This document shows, one piece after another, positions 45,430 to 56,449 of a DNA stretch of 64,000 bases (its first letter is position 1; every line of letters begins with the position of its first letter). This stretch comes from an uncultured Clostridium sp. (GTDB taxonomy: Bacteria > Bacillota > Clostridia > TANB77 > CAG-508): NCBI GenBank assembly GCA_947569365.1, contig CANOSM010000009.1:538-64537 (forward strand), given 5' to 3'. Made by a program: the position numbers and the translations under genes. Under the pieces are notes generated by a model that worked only from the letters and a program-made list of their open reading frames with translations, had not been told where the DNA came from and did no database searches.

Positions 45430-47428
45430 ATGAATAAAAAAGAGGCAAAAGAGAGAATTGAATTTTTAAGAAAAGAAACAACATATCATGCTAAAAGATA
45501 TTATGATGAAGACAGTCCAGAAATAAGTGATTTTGAATATGATATGTTAATGCTAGAATTACGAGATTTAGAAAATAAGTTTCCAGAATTTATAGATAAA
45601 GAATCATTAACACAAAAAGTAGGTGGAACTGTAAAAGAAGGATTTGAGAAAGTAGAACATGAAGTACCACTTCAAAGTTTACTTGATGTATTTAATGTAG
45701 AAGAATTAAAAGCATTTGATGAAAGAATAAAAAAAGTTGCAGAAGAAAATAATACTCCACTTAAATATGTAGTTGAAACTAAAATTGATGGTTTATCTGT
45801 AAGCTTAGAATATAAAAGTGGAGAGTTTGTAAGAGGAGCAACAAGAGGAAATGGATTAGTTGGAGAGGATATAACAGAAAATCTAAAAACAATTTCTCAT
45901 ATTCCCAAAAAATTAAAAGAAAATGTAGATATTATAGTTCGTGGCGAAGTTTTTATTTCTAAAGAAGGTTTTGACAAAATGAATGAAGAAAGAGAAATAT
46001 TAGATAAGCCACTTTTTGCAAATGCACGTAATGCAGCAGCAGGTTCTCTTAGACAATTAGATAGCAATGAGACTGCTAAAAGACCACTTGATATATATAT
46101 ATTTAATGTACAAAAATCTGATACAATAAAGTTTACTTCTCATATAGAATCATTAGAGTATTTAGTAAAACTAGGATTTAATGTAAATCCTATAAGAGTA
46201 TTTTGCAATGATATAGATGAATGCATTAAAGCAATAGAAAAAATTGGAGAAGATAGAGAGAACTTAAGTTTTGGAATAGATGGAGCTGTTATAAAAGTTG
46301 ATGACTTAAATTTAAGAGAGATTTTAGGAACAAATTATAAGACTCCTAAATGGGCTATTGCATATAAATACCCACCAGAGAAAAAAGAGACTATTTTAAA
46401 AGATATAGTATGCCAAGTTGGAAGAACTGGTGCAATAACTCCAGTAGCAATATTAGAACCAGTAAAAGTTGCAGGATCAACAATATCACAAACTACTTTG
46501 CACAATGAAGATTTTATAAAAGAAAAAGGATTAATGATAGGAGATACTGTTGTAATACAAAAAGCAGGAGATGTTATTCCAGAAATAGTTGAAGTAAAAA
46601 AAGAAAAAAGAGATGGCTTTCAAGTAGAATTTCATATGCCTGACAAATGCCCAGTATGTGGAGCAGATTGCATAAGAGAAGAAGGAGAATCAGCAATTAG
46701 ATGTATAGGAATCGAATGCAGAGCAAAATTATTTAGAAGTATACTTCATTTTGCATCAAGGGAAGCAATGAATATAAAAGGACTAGGATTTTCTATAATA
46801 GAGGAACTTTTAAATAGAGAGTTAATAAAAAATATCGCTGATTTATATGATTTAACATTAGAAGATTTTAAGAGTATGAAAAAGGATGGAAAAAAATTTG
46901 CTAGTAATCTTATAAATGCAATAAATGAAAGTAAAAATAATGATTTATATAGATTAATAAATGCTCTTGGAATAAGACATGTTGGAACAAAAGGTGCGAA
47001 AGTTTTAGCAAAAAGATTTAAGACTATGGATAATATAATAAATGCAGATTATGAAAGTTTAGTAGAAGTTGATGATACAGGAGAAATTACAGCAAAAGCA
47101 ATAAAAGAATTTTTCAATCAAGCTCAAACAATTGATTTAATAGATAGACTAAAATCAGCAGGAGTAAATATGAATTGTTTAGAAGAAGAATCAGAAGATA
47201 ATAGATTTTCTGGAATGACTTTTGTACTTACAGGAGCTTTAGATAAATATTCAAGAGGAGAAGCGGGAGAAATTATAGAAAAATTCGGAGGAAAAACTTC
47301 AGGATCTGTTTCTAAAAAAACAACTTATGTGCTTGCTCGGAGAAGATGCAGGAAGTAAATTAGATAAAGCAAATTCTCTAGGAATAAAGATAATAAGTGA
47401 AAAAGATTTTGATGATATGATTAAATAG
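45430..47428 (+). CDS. ligA: NAD-dependent DNA ligase; BRCT domain completed only via +1 shift at CGG 47338
   Basis: KIDG, TRGNG, Zn finger; skipping C47338 gives VLAGEDAGSKLDKANSLGIKIISEKDF to TAG 47428 (665 aa). Confidence 0.95.
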
Positions 47429-47442
47429 ATAGAGGAGAATAT

Positions 47443-47679
47443 ATGGAAAAATATTCGTTTGAAAAATTTTGGAAAGACTTAGATGACGGTTATCAAATAT
47501 ATTTTGATTATATGGATATAAGATATTTGATTTATAAATTAAAAAAGAATTGTTATAAAAAAGAAATGATTACAGTAAAAGATAAATGTCCTTTAATAAA
47601 AAATGAAATAATAACATTAAAACGTGTAAAAGAACTATTTGAATATATGGAAAACTTAGAATATAAATCATTTGAATAA
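47443..47679 (+). CDS. Hypothetical protein
   Basis: AGGAG SD; 78 aa. Confidence 0.65.
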   Translation: MEKYSFEKFWKDLDDGYQIYFDYMDIRYLIYKLKKNCYKKEMITVKDKCPLIKNEIITLKRVKELFEYMENLEYKSFE

Positions 47680-47804
47680 TAAAAATGCTCATATTTATAG
47701 TAATAGAGTTTAAAATAACAATAATTAATAAATTATAAAATCTTAGACAATTGAAAGATAAATTATGAAAAATAAAACAATATATATAGATAGGAGCTGA
47801 TAAT

Positions 47805-48854
47805 ATGGCTAATGAAACTGATAATAAAGAAGAAATGACAAATGAATTAGTAGAGGAAATAAAAATATTAATAACAAAAGCTAGAAATAAAATATCTAAA
47901 AATGTAAATGAAATATTAATAGATACATATTGGAACGTAGGAAAGACAATAGTTGAAAAAGAACAGTTAGGAAAAATAAAAGCTGATTATGGAAAATCAA
48001 TATTATTAAGTGTTTCAAAAAAGTTAACAAAAGAAATAGGGAAAGGATTTTCCAAGAGCAATTTGTTTAATATGAGAAAGTTCTATTTGACATATTCAAA
48101 AATTCCAGACGCATCTGGAATTTTAGGATGGTCTCATTATTGTGAATTAATAGTAATAAAAGAAGAAAATAAAAGACAATTTTATGAAAAGGAATCAGTA
48201 AATAGTAAATGGTCTGTTAGAGAATTGAAAAGACAAATAGAGACTTCATTATTTGAAAGATTATTATTATCAGATGGAAAAGCTAATAAAGAAAAAGTTT
48301 TACAATTAGCAAAACAAGGACAAATTTTAAATACGCCAGAAGACATGATAAAAGAACCATATGTATTTGAATTTTTAGGAATTCCAGAACAAAAGCCTTT
48401 ATTAGAAAAAGACTTAGAATACAAATTAATAAAACATATTGAAAAATTTTTACTAGAATTAGGAAAAGGTTTTATGTTTGTTGGATCACAGCAAAGAGTA
48501 ACTGTAGGCAATGTGCATTATTATGTAGATATGGTATTTTATAACAAAATATTGAAAGCTTATGTTTTAATAGATTTAAAAATGGGAAGTTTAAAGCCAG
48601 AGAATTTTGGACAAATGAATATGTATTTAAACTATTATGAAGAAGAAGTTAATGATGAAGGAGATAATAAACCTATTGGAATAATTCTTTGTGCTGATAA
48701 AGATAATGTGGTAGCTGAGTATAGTATGGGAGGAATGAGTAATAATTTATTTACGTCAAATTATACATATTATATACCAAATCAAGATGAACTTATTGCA
48801 CAAGTAGAAAAAGTGATAAAAGAAAATGAAGAAAATAAAACAGAAAATGAATGA
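47805..48854 (+). CDS. DUF1016 / YhcG PD-(D/E)XK nuclease-domain protein
   Basis: GKGFS.SNL..MRKFY, WSHY, KEPYVFEFL, LLELGKGF, GQMNMYLNY. Confidence 0.9.
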   Translation: MANETDNKEEMTNELVEEIKILITKARNKISKNVNEILIDTYWNVGKTIVEKEQLGKIKADYGKSILLSVSKKLTKEIGKGFSKSNLFNMRKFYLTYSKIPDASGILGWSHYCELIVIKEENKRQFYEKESVNSKWSVRELKRQIETSLFERLLLSDGKANKEKVLQLAKQGQILNTPEDMIKEPYVFEFLGIPEQKPLLEKDLEYKLIKHIEKFLLELGKGFMFVGSQQRVTVGNVHYYVDMVFYNKILKAYVLIDLKMGSLKPENFGQMNMYLNYYEEEVNDEGDNKPIGIILCADKDNVVAEYSMGGMSNNLFTSNYTYYIPNQDELIAQVEKVIKENEENKTENE

Positions 48855-49016
48855 TATAAAAGTTCAAGATGTTTTTTATAATATTGTTGAAAAAATATAA
48901 CTTAAAAGAAAGATAAGGAAAGTATAGAAAGTAAAATAAAATTAGTTATAATTGTTAAAAAATACGAAAAAATAGATAAAAAGTAGTATAAATAGAAAAT
49001 GTCAGTATTATAAAAT

Positions 49017-49045
49017 TTGACAAAATACTAAAATCAGATTAAAAT
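49017..49045 (+). promoter_or_regulatory. rnpB promoter
   Basis: TTGACA-17 bp-TAAAAT. Confidence 0.7.
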
Positions 49046-49051
49046 TATATA

Positions 49052-49401
<350 letters not shown>

Positions 49402-49446
49402 AAATTTTATAATAAAACTAAATAAAAAAGAGAAAGAGCATAGCTC

Positions 49447-49656
49447 TTACTCAATTGTGTTTGAAAAATTGGAGTTACTATTTTCGGTGGTTACTTCAAT
49501 TTTTTCTTTACTTACACTAAAATGAAAATTGAATCCATTTGAGCTTAAAAAACAAATAGTTATAGCCACAATAACAACTATTGTTAATAATGTTGGCAAA
49601 CTTACTGTAAATTGAAATTTTATTGATGTATTTTCTTTAGTATTTAAATTACTCAT
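49447..49656 (-). CDS. Small single-TM protein
   Basis: AGGAGG SD; 69 aa with one hydrophobic helix. Confidence 0.6.
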   Translation of the reverse strand: MSNLNTKENTSIKFQFTVSLPTLLTIVVIVAITICFLSSNGFNFHFSVSKEKIEVTTENSNSNFSNTIE

Positions 49657-49871
49657 ATGTATACCTCCTTCTTCTTCTTTAAATTAATTATAAAATAGAT
49701 TTTAAGAAATAAAAGGTATAGTCTTTTCTACGTTTTTCCGAGCTTAAAAAATTTTATATATAATTATAATCATTTTTTTAAGTTGATATTTTTTAATAAT
49801 AAAGTTATTATATAAAATAGTTAAAGTAATATAAGTTAAAAGATTAAATATATTTATACAAGGGAGAAGTT

Positions 49872-50787
49872 ATGGAATATATCTTAGAAACTAATAATCT
49901 TGAAAAAAAGTATAAGAAATTTAGAGCAGTAGATAATGTTAATATTAATATACAAAAAGGAGCCATATATGGATTAATTGGAAAAAATGGTGCTGGAAAA
50001 ACAACTTTAATAAGATTAATTTGTGGACTACAACATGTAACAAGTGGTGAGTACTTTATATATGGAGTTTCTAATAAAGATAAGCAAATTATAAAAGCTA
50101 GAAAAAAGCTAGGAGCAATTATAGAACAGCCATCAATTTATTATGATATGACAGCAAAAGACAATCTAATAGAACAATGTAAAGTTATAGGACTTCCAGT
50201 AAATAAAGATATTGAAGAACTACTAAAACTAGTTGGACTATCAGATGTAGGAAAGAAAAAAGTAAAAAATTTCTCTCTTCGGAATGAAACAAAGACTAGG
50301 AATAGCAATAGCACTAGTAGGACAGCCAGAGTTTTTAATATTAGATGAGCCAATAAATGGATTAGATCCAGAAGGAATAATTGAAATAAGAGAACTTATA
50401 TTAAAAATTAATAAAGAAAAAGGAATTACTTTTTTAATATCAAGTCATTATTTAGATGAGCTATCTAAAATTGCTACTCATTATGGATTTATGAATAAAG
50501 GAAATATTATAAAAGAAATAAGTAAAGAAGAACTTGAAAAAAATCTAAAGAAAAGAATAGAAATAGAAGTAAATGATGTAAATAAATGTACTCAGTATTT
50601 AGAAGAAAATAAGATTTCTTATGAAATTATTTCAGATAATAAAATAAATATATATGATACAGTAAATATTACAAAACTAATTAATGAACTATCTAAAAAT
50701 GATTGTATAGTAAATGATTTACATGAAAGAGAAGATTCACTAGAAAATTATTATATTAATTTGATGGGAGGGAATGATAATGTATAA
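49872..50787 (+). CDS. ABC transporter ATP-binding protein (BcrA-like); CGG +1 site at 50280 inside the signature motif
   Basis: GKNGAGKT; skipping C50280 gives FSLGMKQRL then ILDEP.NGLDP (304 aa). Confidence 0.9.
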
Positions 50788-51586
50788 ATTATTAAATGCT
50801 AGTTTTTTTAGATTTAAAAAAGATAAAGTATTTTGGAGTCTTATTGCTATAACTTTAGGAATAGCCAGTTTTAACCTTTATAATAGTATGAAAAATCATA
50901 TTGGTGAATCTACAGGAATTGATAACTTATTATTAAGTTACATCCTCATAATAGGAATATTTATGTCTATATTTACAACATTATTTATTGGACTAGAATA
51001 TGCAAGTGGAACTATTAGAAATAAAATTATAGTTGGAAATAGTAGAATAAAAATTTATATAACTAACCTAATTATTAGTATTATTGCTGGTATTTTAATG
51101 CAGCTAGTATATATGATATTTGTTACAATTATTGGAGGCAATGCTCTTGGCGGGCTTAAGATGTCATTATCGCAATTTGGACTGATTTTATTAGATATAG
51201 TAATGATGATAGTAACATATGCATCTATATTTACATTTATATCTTTAATATGTACAGATATGACAAAATCAACAGTTATTAGTATATTACTTGTACTAGT
51301 GATGTTTATAATAAATGGAGCTATAAGCCAAACAGCAAATGCTGAAAAATTTATAATTAATAGAGTATATGATAATGAAGAAATAATGCCAAATCCAAAT
51401 TATCCAGGAGATACAAAGAAAAAAATAGCCCAGACAATTATATATATTATACCAACAGGACAAGCAAGTGAAATACAAGATTATAAAAATTTAGATACAA
51501 AAAGATTATTATTATCTTCTATAAGTGTATCAATTATAATAACTATAATGGGAATATATTGTTTCTGCAGAGAAGATTTAAAATAG
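50780..51586 (+). CDS. ABC-2 type permease
   Basis: EY.SGTIRNK...G.SR, six TM segments. Confidence 0.85.
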   Translation: MYKLLNASFFRFKKDKVFWSLIAITLGIASFNLYNSMKNHIGESTGIDNLLLSYILIIGIFMSIFTTLFIGLEYASGTIRNKIIVGNSRIKIYITNLIISIIAGILMQLVYMIFVTIIGGNALGGLKMSLSQFGLILLDIVMMIVTYASIFTFISLICTDMTKSTVISILLVLVMFIINGAISQTANAEKFIINRVYDNEEIMPNPNYPGDTKKKIAQTIIYIIPTGQASEIQDYKNLDTKRLLLSSISVSIIITIMGIYCFCREDLK

Positions 51587-51696
51587 AAAAATATGAACAT
51601 ATTAAATTAAAGACATGAAAAAAATTCTATTGATTTTATAAATAAGAATAGTGTAAAATATAGTAGTAATAAAAAATACTAGGAGAAAAGATAAAA

Positions 51697-52134
51697 ATGT
51701 TAAAAAATGAAAAAGGATCAATAACTATATATGTAATAATAACAATGCTATTCTTTTCAGTATTTATAATGAGTATATATATAATAAACAGTAGAAAATT
51801 TGCTACTCAATTAGAAGCAAATGCTGATGTTAAATCAATATATGAAAAAGGTGGAGCAGAAAAAACTTATGTATCACATTTTGCAGCTGATGATGAAGAA
51901 ATACCAATTTATACAAGAGAACAATTATTAAGTATAGGAAGTGAAGATAGAATTTATATAGCACAAGAAAAGAAGATATATAAATTCACAAAAGAGCCTG
52001 ATAAATACATATTAAAAAATAATATTACAAATCTTACCTCGCAAGATGTAAGTTCTTTATCTACAAAACTTTTATATGTAAAAAATAATAATGAATATAA
52101 ATTAAAAAACAATTATTTAATAAAAATTAAGTAA
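51697..52134 (+). CDS. Pilin-like protein with class III-type signal
   Basis: KNEKG|SITIYVIITMLFF N-terminus. Confidence 0.55.
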   Translation: MLKNEKGSITIYVIITMLFFSVFIMSIYIINSRKFATQLEANADVKSIYEKGGAEKTYVSHFAADDEEIPIYTREQLLSIGSEDRIYIAQEKKIYKFTKEPDKYILKNNITNLTSQDVSSLSTKLLYVKNNNEYKLKNNYLIKIK

Positions 52135-52135
52135 A

Positions 52136-53011
52136 TTATAATATGTATTTATTGAATATTTCTGGTAGTTCTGATTCTAAAACAACTTTTTGTCTTGATA
52201 TAGGGTGAACTAATTCTATCTTATATGCATGAAGAAGATGTCTATTTAAACCATTTTTTTGAGTACCATATAAAAAATCACCAACAATAGGAAAACCAAT
52301 ATACTTAGAATGTAATCTTATTTGATGAGTTCTACCAGTTTCAAGTAAAAATTCAACTTTAGAATACTTGACAGACATTTTTAAAACTTTATAGTGAGAA
52401 ACAGCAGTAGAACCATTTTCATTTATTTCTCTTTCTATAATACTACCTGACTTTCTTGCAATAGGAGCCGATATAGTTCCTTTTTTTTCGTCTAACTTAC
52501 CTTCTAATATAGCAATATAATACTTTTTAAAAAGTCCTTTTTTCATTTCTTTTACAAGAAATTCCTGAATATATTCTGATTTTGCAAATATTACAAGACC
52601 AGAAGTATCTTTATCTAATCTATTTACAGGTCTTATTTTCTTATGGATGTTCTTTAAATTAAAATAATATTTTACACCATTAGATAGAGAATCTTCAAAA
52701 TGAGCAATTGATGGATGTACAGGAATATTTTCAGGTTTATCTACTACAAGAATATATTCATCTTCATATATTATATCTAATTTTATGTTACTATTTGGAA
52801 TAATAGTATCTGATTCTTCATTAAAATCTAAATCAATAGTTAAAATATCATTAGTACATATTTTATATGAAATATATACAGGAATATTATTTATAAAAAT
52901 ACTATTATGTTTTTTTAATTTTATTATTAAATTTTCTGATACTAATAGCTTTTCTTTTAAAATTTGTTTTATAGAAATATCTTTATTAGTTACAATATAT
53001 TCTAATATCAT
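52136..53011 (-). CDS. RluA family pseudouridine synthase
   Basis: VDKP, NRLDKDTSG, TGRTHQIRLH, LHA. Confidence 0.92.
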   Translation of the reverse strand: MILEYIVTNKDISIKQILKEKLLVSENLIIKLKKHNSIFINNIPVYISYKICTNDILTIDLDFNEESDTIIPNSNIKLDIIYEDEYILVVDKPENIPVHPSIAHFEDSLSNGVKYYFNLKNIHKKIRPVNRLDKDTSGLVIFAKSEYIQEFLVKEMKKGLFKKYYIAILEGKLDEKKGTISAPIARKSGSIIEREINENGSTAVSHYKVLKMSVKYSKVEFLLETGRTHQIRLHSKYIGFPIVGDFLYGTQKNGLNRHLLHAYKIELVHPISRQKVVLESELPEIFNKYIL

Positions 53012-53149
53012 ATAATCTCCTATTATTAATTGACTAAAAATAAAAAAATATTTATAATTTATATTACATAGAATATTATAACACACAAAGAAATACGAAG
53101 AAAGATTTAAGGATAATTGAAATAATAATTAAATTTAAGGAGATTAAAA

Positions 53150-54247
53150 ATGGATAAGAAGTTAGGATTCGGATGTATGAGACTTCCTATGAAAGACGAT
53201 AAAGTTGATTATGAAGAATTTAGTAAAATGATAGATTATTATATAGAGCAAGGCTTTAATTATTTTGATACAGCACATGGATATTTAGATGGAAAAAGTG
53301 AAATTGCCTTAAGAGAATGTTTAACTAAAAGATATCCAAGAGATGAATATATATTAACAAATAAGCTAACAAAAAGTTTCTTTTCTAAAGAAGAAGACAT
53401 TAGACCTTTTTTTGAAGAACAATTAAAAATATGTAATGTAGAATATTTTGATTATTATTTAATGCATGCACAAGATGCAGATATATATGAAAAATTTAAA
53501 GAATGTAATGCATATAATGTAGCAAGACAGCTTAAAAAAGAAGGAAAAATAAAACATTTTGGAATATCTTTTCATGATAAAGCAGAGGTACTAGATAAAA
53601 TATTAATAGAAAATCCAGATATAGAAATTGTACAAATTCAGTTTAATTATATAGATTATAAGTCTCCAAGTGTTCAAGGGGAAAGGGTTTATGAAGTTGC
53701 AAGAAAACATAATAAACCAATAATAATAATGGAACCTGTAAAAGGAGGAGCCTTAGTAAATTTACCAGAGAAAGCTAAAAAGATATTTGATAATTTAGGT
53801 GAAAATAAAAGTTATGCTTCTTATGCAATTCGTTTTGCAGCAAGTCAAGAAGGAGTAGTAAGTGTACTTTCTGGAATGAGTAATTTAGAACAAATAAAAG
53901 ATAATATAAGTTATATGAGGGAATTTAAACCACTAGAAAAAAGAGAATATGAGGCAATAAATAAAGTTACAGAAATATTAGATAAATTAGGTGGAATTCC
54001 TTGTACTGGATGCAGATATTGCATTCCAGAATGTCCAAAGAAAATATCTATACCAGATTTATTTTCATGTTATAATGCAAAAGTACAGTTCAATGATTGG
54101 AATAGTAGCTATTATTATGATATACATACAAAGTCAGGAAATAAAGCAAGTGAATGTTTAAAGTGTGGTAAATGTGAAGGTGTATGTCCTCAGCATATAG
54201 AGATTAGAAAACATTTAGAAGAAGTGGCTAAAACTTTTGAAAAGTAG
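53150..54247 (+). CDS. Aldo/keto reductase with C-terminal 4Fe-4S domain
   Basis: LGFGCMRLP, FDTA, CTGCRYC, CLKCGKCE..CP. Confidence 0.9.
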   Translation: MDKKLGFGCMRLPMKDDKVDYEEFSKMIDYYIEQGFNYFDTAHGYLDGKSEIALRECLTKRYPRDEYILTNKLTKSFFSKEEDIRPFFEEQLKICNVEYFDYYLMHAQDADIYEKFKECNAYNVARQLKKEGKIKHFGISFHDKAEVLDKILIENPDIEIVQIQFNYIDYKSPSVQGERVYEVARKHNKPIIIMEPVKGGALVNLPEKAKKIFDNLGENKSYASYAIRFAASQEGVVSVLSGMSNLEQIKDNISYMREFKPLEKREYEAINKVTEILDKLGGIPCTGCRYCIPECPKKISIPDLFSCYNAKVQFNDWNSSYYYDIHTKSGNKASECLKCGKCEGVCPQHIEIRKHLEEVAKTFEK

Positions 54248-54334
54248 TATGAATTAAAATTCATAAAATATGTTATGGAAAATTAACATACATGAACTTA
54301 TATGTTGACGGACAACAGAAAAAAATTGCATATT

Positions 54335-54378
54335 AAAGGGGAAAGATAAAAAGCTGAAAGCTTAGTCTTTCCCCTTTT
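54335..54378 (+). terminator. Intrinsic terminator
   Basis: AAAGGGGAAAGA ... TCTTTCCCCTTTT. Confidence 0.65.
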
Positions 54379-54664
54379 AGAATTTATGAAAGATATTAGT
54401 ATAAATGAATAAAAAGAAAATATTAAATATTATTATAATTTATTTAGGAAAATTAAAATTTTAAAATAAAGAAAATGAGAATGAGGTTACTATAATACAT
54501 GATTGTAGAGAAGAATTAATTTAAATGATTAATAAAGGAAATATAGATAAAGATGAAGAATATAATCATAAAAATTTTAATCTTTTACAAATTTTTGTTT
54601 GAAGAAAATTGACTTTTATTTACAATAATTGTATAATTTTGGAAAAAGAGAAAGCGGTAAATAT

Positions 54665-55290
54665 ATGAACATAAATAAAAACATTATAAATCTAATAAAA
54701 AGAAATGATACAAAATTTAAAAACATAAAATTTATACAAGATGAAAAGTTGAAAAAAGAATTCTTTACATCTTTAAAAAAAGATGAATTTAGACTAATGG
54801 AACAATCTGCATATGAAATAGCTTTGTGGATAGAATCAAATGAAAAGCATTTATCTGCATCTAAACAAAATAATTTTACTAAATATAGTTTAGGTGAAAT
54901 TCTGATTTAGGGTGGAATAATTACGATAGAGAATTTGCATATATTCATCCTGTTATAGTTATAAAAGAAACGGCTACCAAAATATTTATAGTTCCTTGTT
55001 CAAGTGGTACACCTAGAAAAGATAAAAATGGGAATATTTATCCAGAGTTTGAAGTTGGTACGCCTAAGGATGGATTTCAAAGAAATACAGTAGTTATGTT
55101 ATACGAAGCGAGATATATTGACAAAAATAGAGTAATTTCAAATCTTGGTAAAACTTCTAGTCAATTTTTTAATAAAATTTATAATAAGTTATTTGAACAG
55201 ATATTTGAACCAATACATTATAAAATACACAAATTAGAAAAAAAAAGTACTATATATAGATATTGTCAAAATAATATAAATAATATATAA
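54665..55290 (+). pseudogene. PemK/MazF-like toxin gene disrupted near 54903
   Basis: GEI / DLG.N...E....HPVIV, IVPCSS, R.IDKNR. Confidence 0.6.
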
Positions 55291-55297
55291 TACTTTA

Positions 55298-55424
55298 GAA
55301 ATGAGGGAGTAATTAGCATATTTTGAATATGTAATAAAGTCAACATACTGATATTTTATATCTGGCTTTATTTTAAATAATGAGACTTGTTTGCAGAATG
55401 CAAATTGCAGACTAAGTCTCTTTT
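55298..55424 (+). promoter_or_regulatory. yybP-ykoY (Mn2+) riboswitch-like leader with terminator
   Basis: GGGAGTA...AATAAAGTCAACATAC...GGCTTTATT...GAGAC, then GAGACTT/AAGTCTC-TTTT hairpin, upstream of a cation antiporter. Confidence 0.7.
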
Positions 55425-55459
55425 CATATATAAGCTAAAAAGCGAAAGGGGGAATATTA

Positions 55460-56410
55460 GTGATATTTTCAGCTTTTTTAATAATTATAGGATTTGCTCT
55501 TCTTATTTTAGGAGCAGATTGGCTAGTAAATGGAGCAAGTAATATTGCTAAAAGATTTCATATTCCAGAAATAATTATAGGACTTACAATTGTTTCAATA
55601 GGAACATCCATGCCAGAACTATTTGTAAGTACAACATCATCATTAGATGGATTTTCAGATATGGCGATTGGAAATGTAATAGGAAGTAATATGTGTAATT
55701 TATTATTAATACTTGGGATTTCTACAATAATAAAACCAGTAAAATTTCAAAAAGAAACAATGATTTTTGAAATCCCAATGTGTTTAACATTTACTATTAT
55801 ATTTATGATAATTTGTAATACTGGCAGAACAATAAATAGAGTAGAAGCTAGTATTTTAATGATTTTATTTATTTTGTTTATAACATATACTATTATTATG
55901 GGAAAAAAGCAAAGTAGTATAGATAAAGAAAATGAAAGCGAAAATGAGACTCAAAAAGGTTCACTATTAAAAGATATAATTCTAATAATTATAGGAATTA
56001 TAGGATTAAAGATTGGTGGAGATTTAGCAGTAAATAATGCAGTAGAAATTGCAAAATTCTTTAATGTTAGTGAGAAAATAATTTCATTAACAATACTAGC
56101 AGTAGGGACAAGTCTTCCAGAATTAGTAACTAGTGTAACAGCAGCAATCAAAGGAAATAGTGATATAGCAATTGGGAACATTATTGGGTCAAATATATTT
56201 AATATGTTACTAATCATTGGTGTAGCATCGTTTATAAAACCTATAATATATAATGTAAGTTATAATATGGATTTATCGATATTAATCTTAGCAGCAATTG
56301 TACTTTCATTATTCCCAATTATACCGCCAAAAAATGAAATGAGTAGAGCAAATGGGATTATATACTTTATAATGTATATATGTTATATGGGAATATTATT
56401 TGTAGTATAA
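55460..56410 (+). CDS. Calcium/sodium antiporter (YrbG family)
   Basis: Two GTS(M/L)PEL alpha-repeats and GN.IGSN. Confidence 0.92.
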   Translation: MIFSAFLIIIGFALLILGADWLVNGASNIAKRFHIPEIIIGLTIVSIGTSMPELFVSTTSSLDGFSDMAIGNVIGSNMCNLLLILGISTIIKPVKFQKETMIFEIPMCLTFTIIFMIICNTGRTINRVEASILMILFILFITYTIIMGKKQSSIDKENESENETQKGSLLKDIILIIIGIIGLKIGGDLAVNNAVEIAKFFNVSEKIISLTILAVGTSLPELVTSVTAAIKGNSDIAIGNIIGSNIFNMLLIIGVASFIKPIIYNVSYNMDLSILILAAIVLSLFPIIPPKNEMSRANGIIYFIMYICYMGILFVV

Positions 56411-56449
56411 AATATTAAAATAAAGAAAAACAAAGAAAGGAAAAATCTA

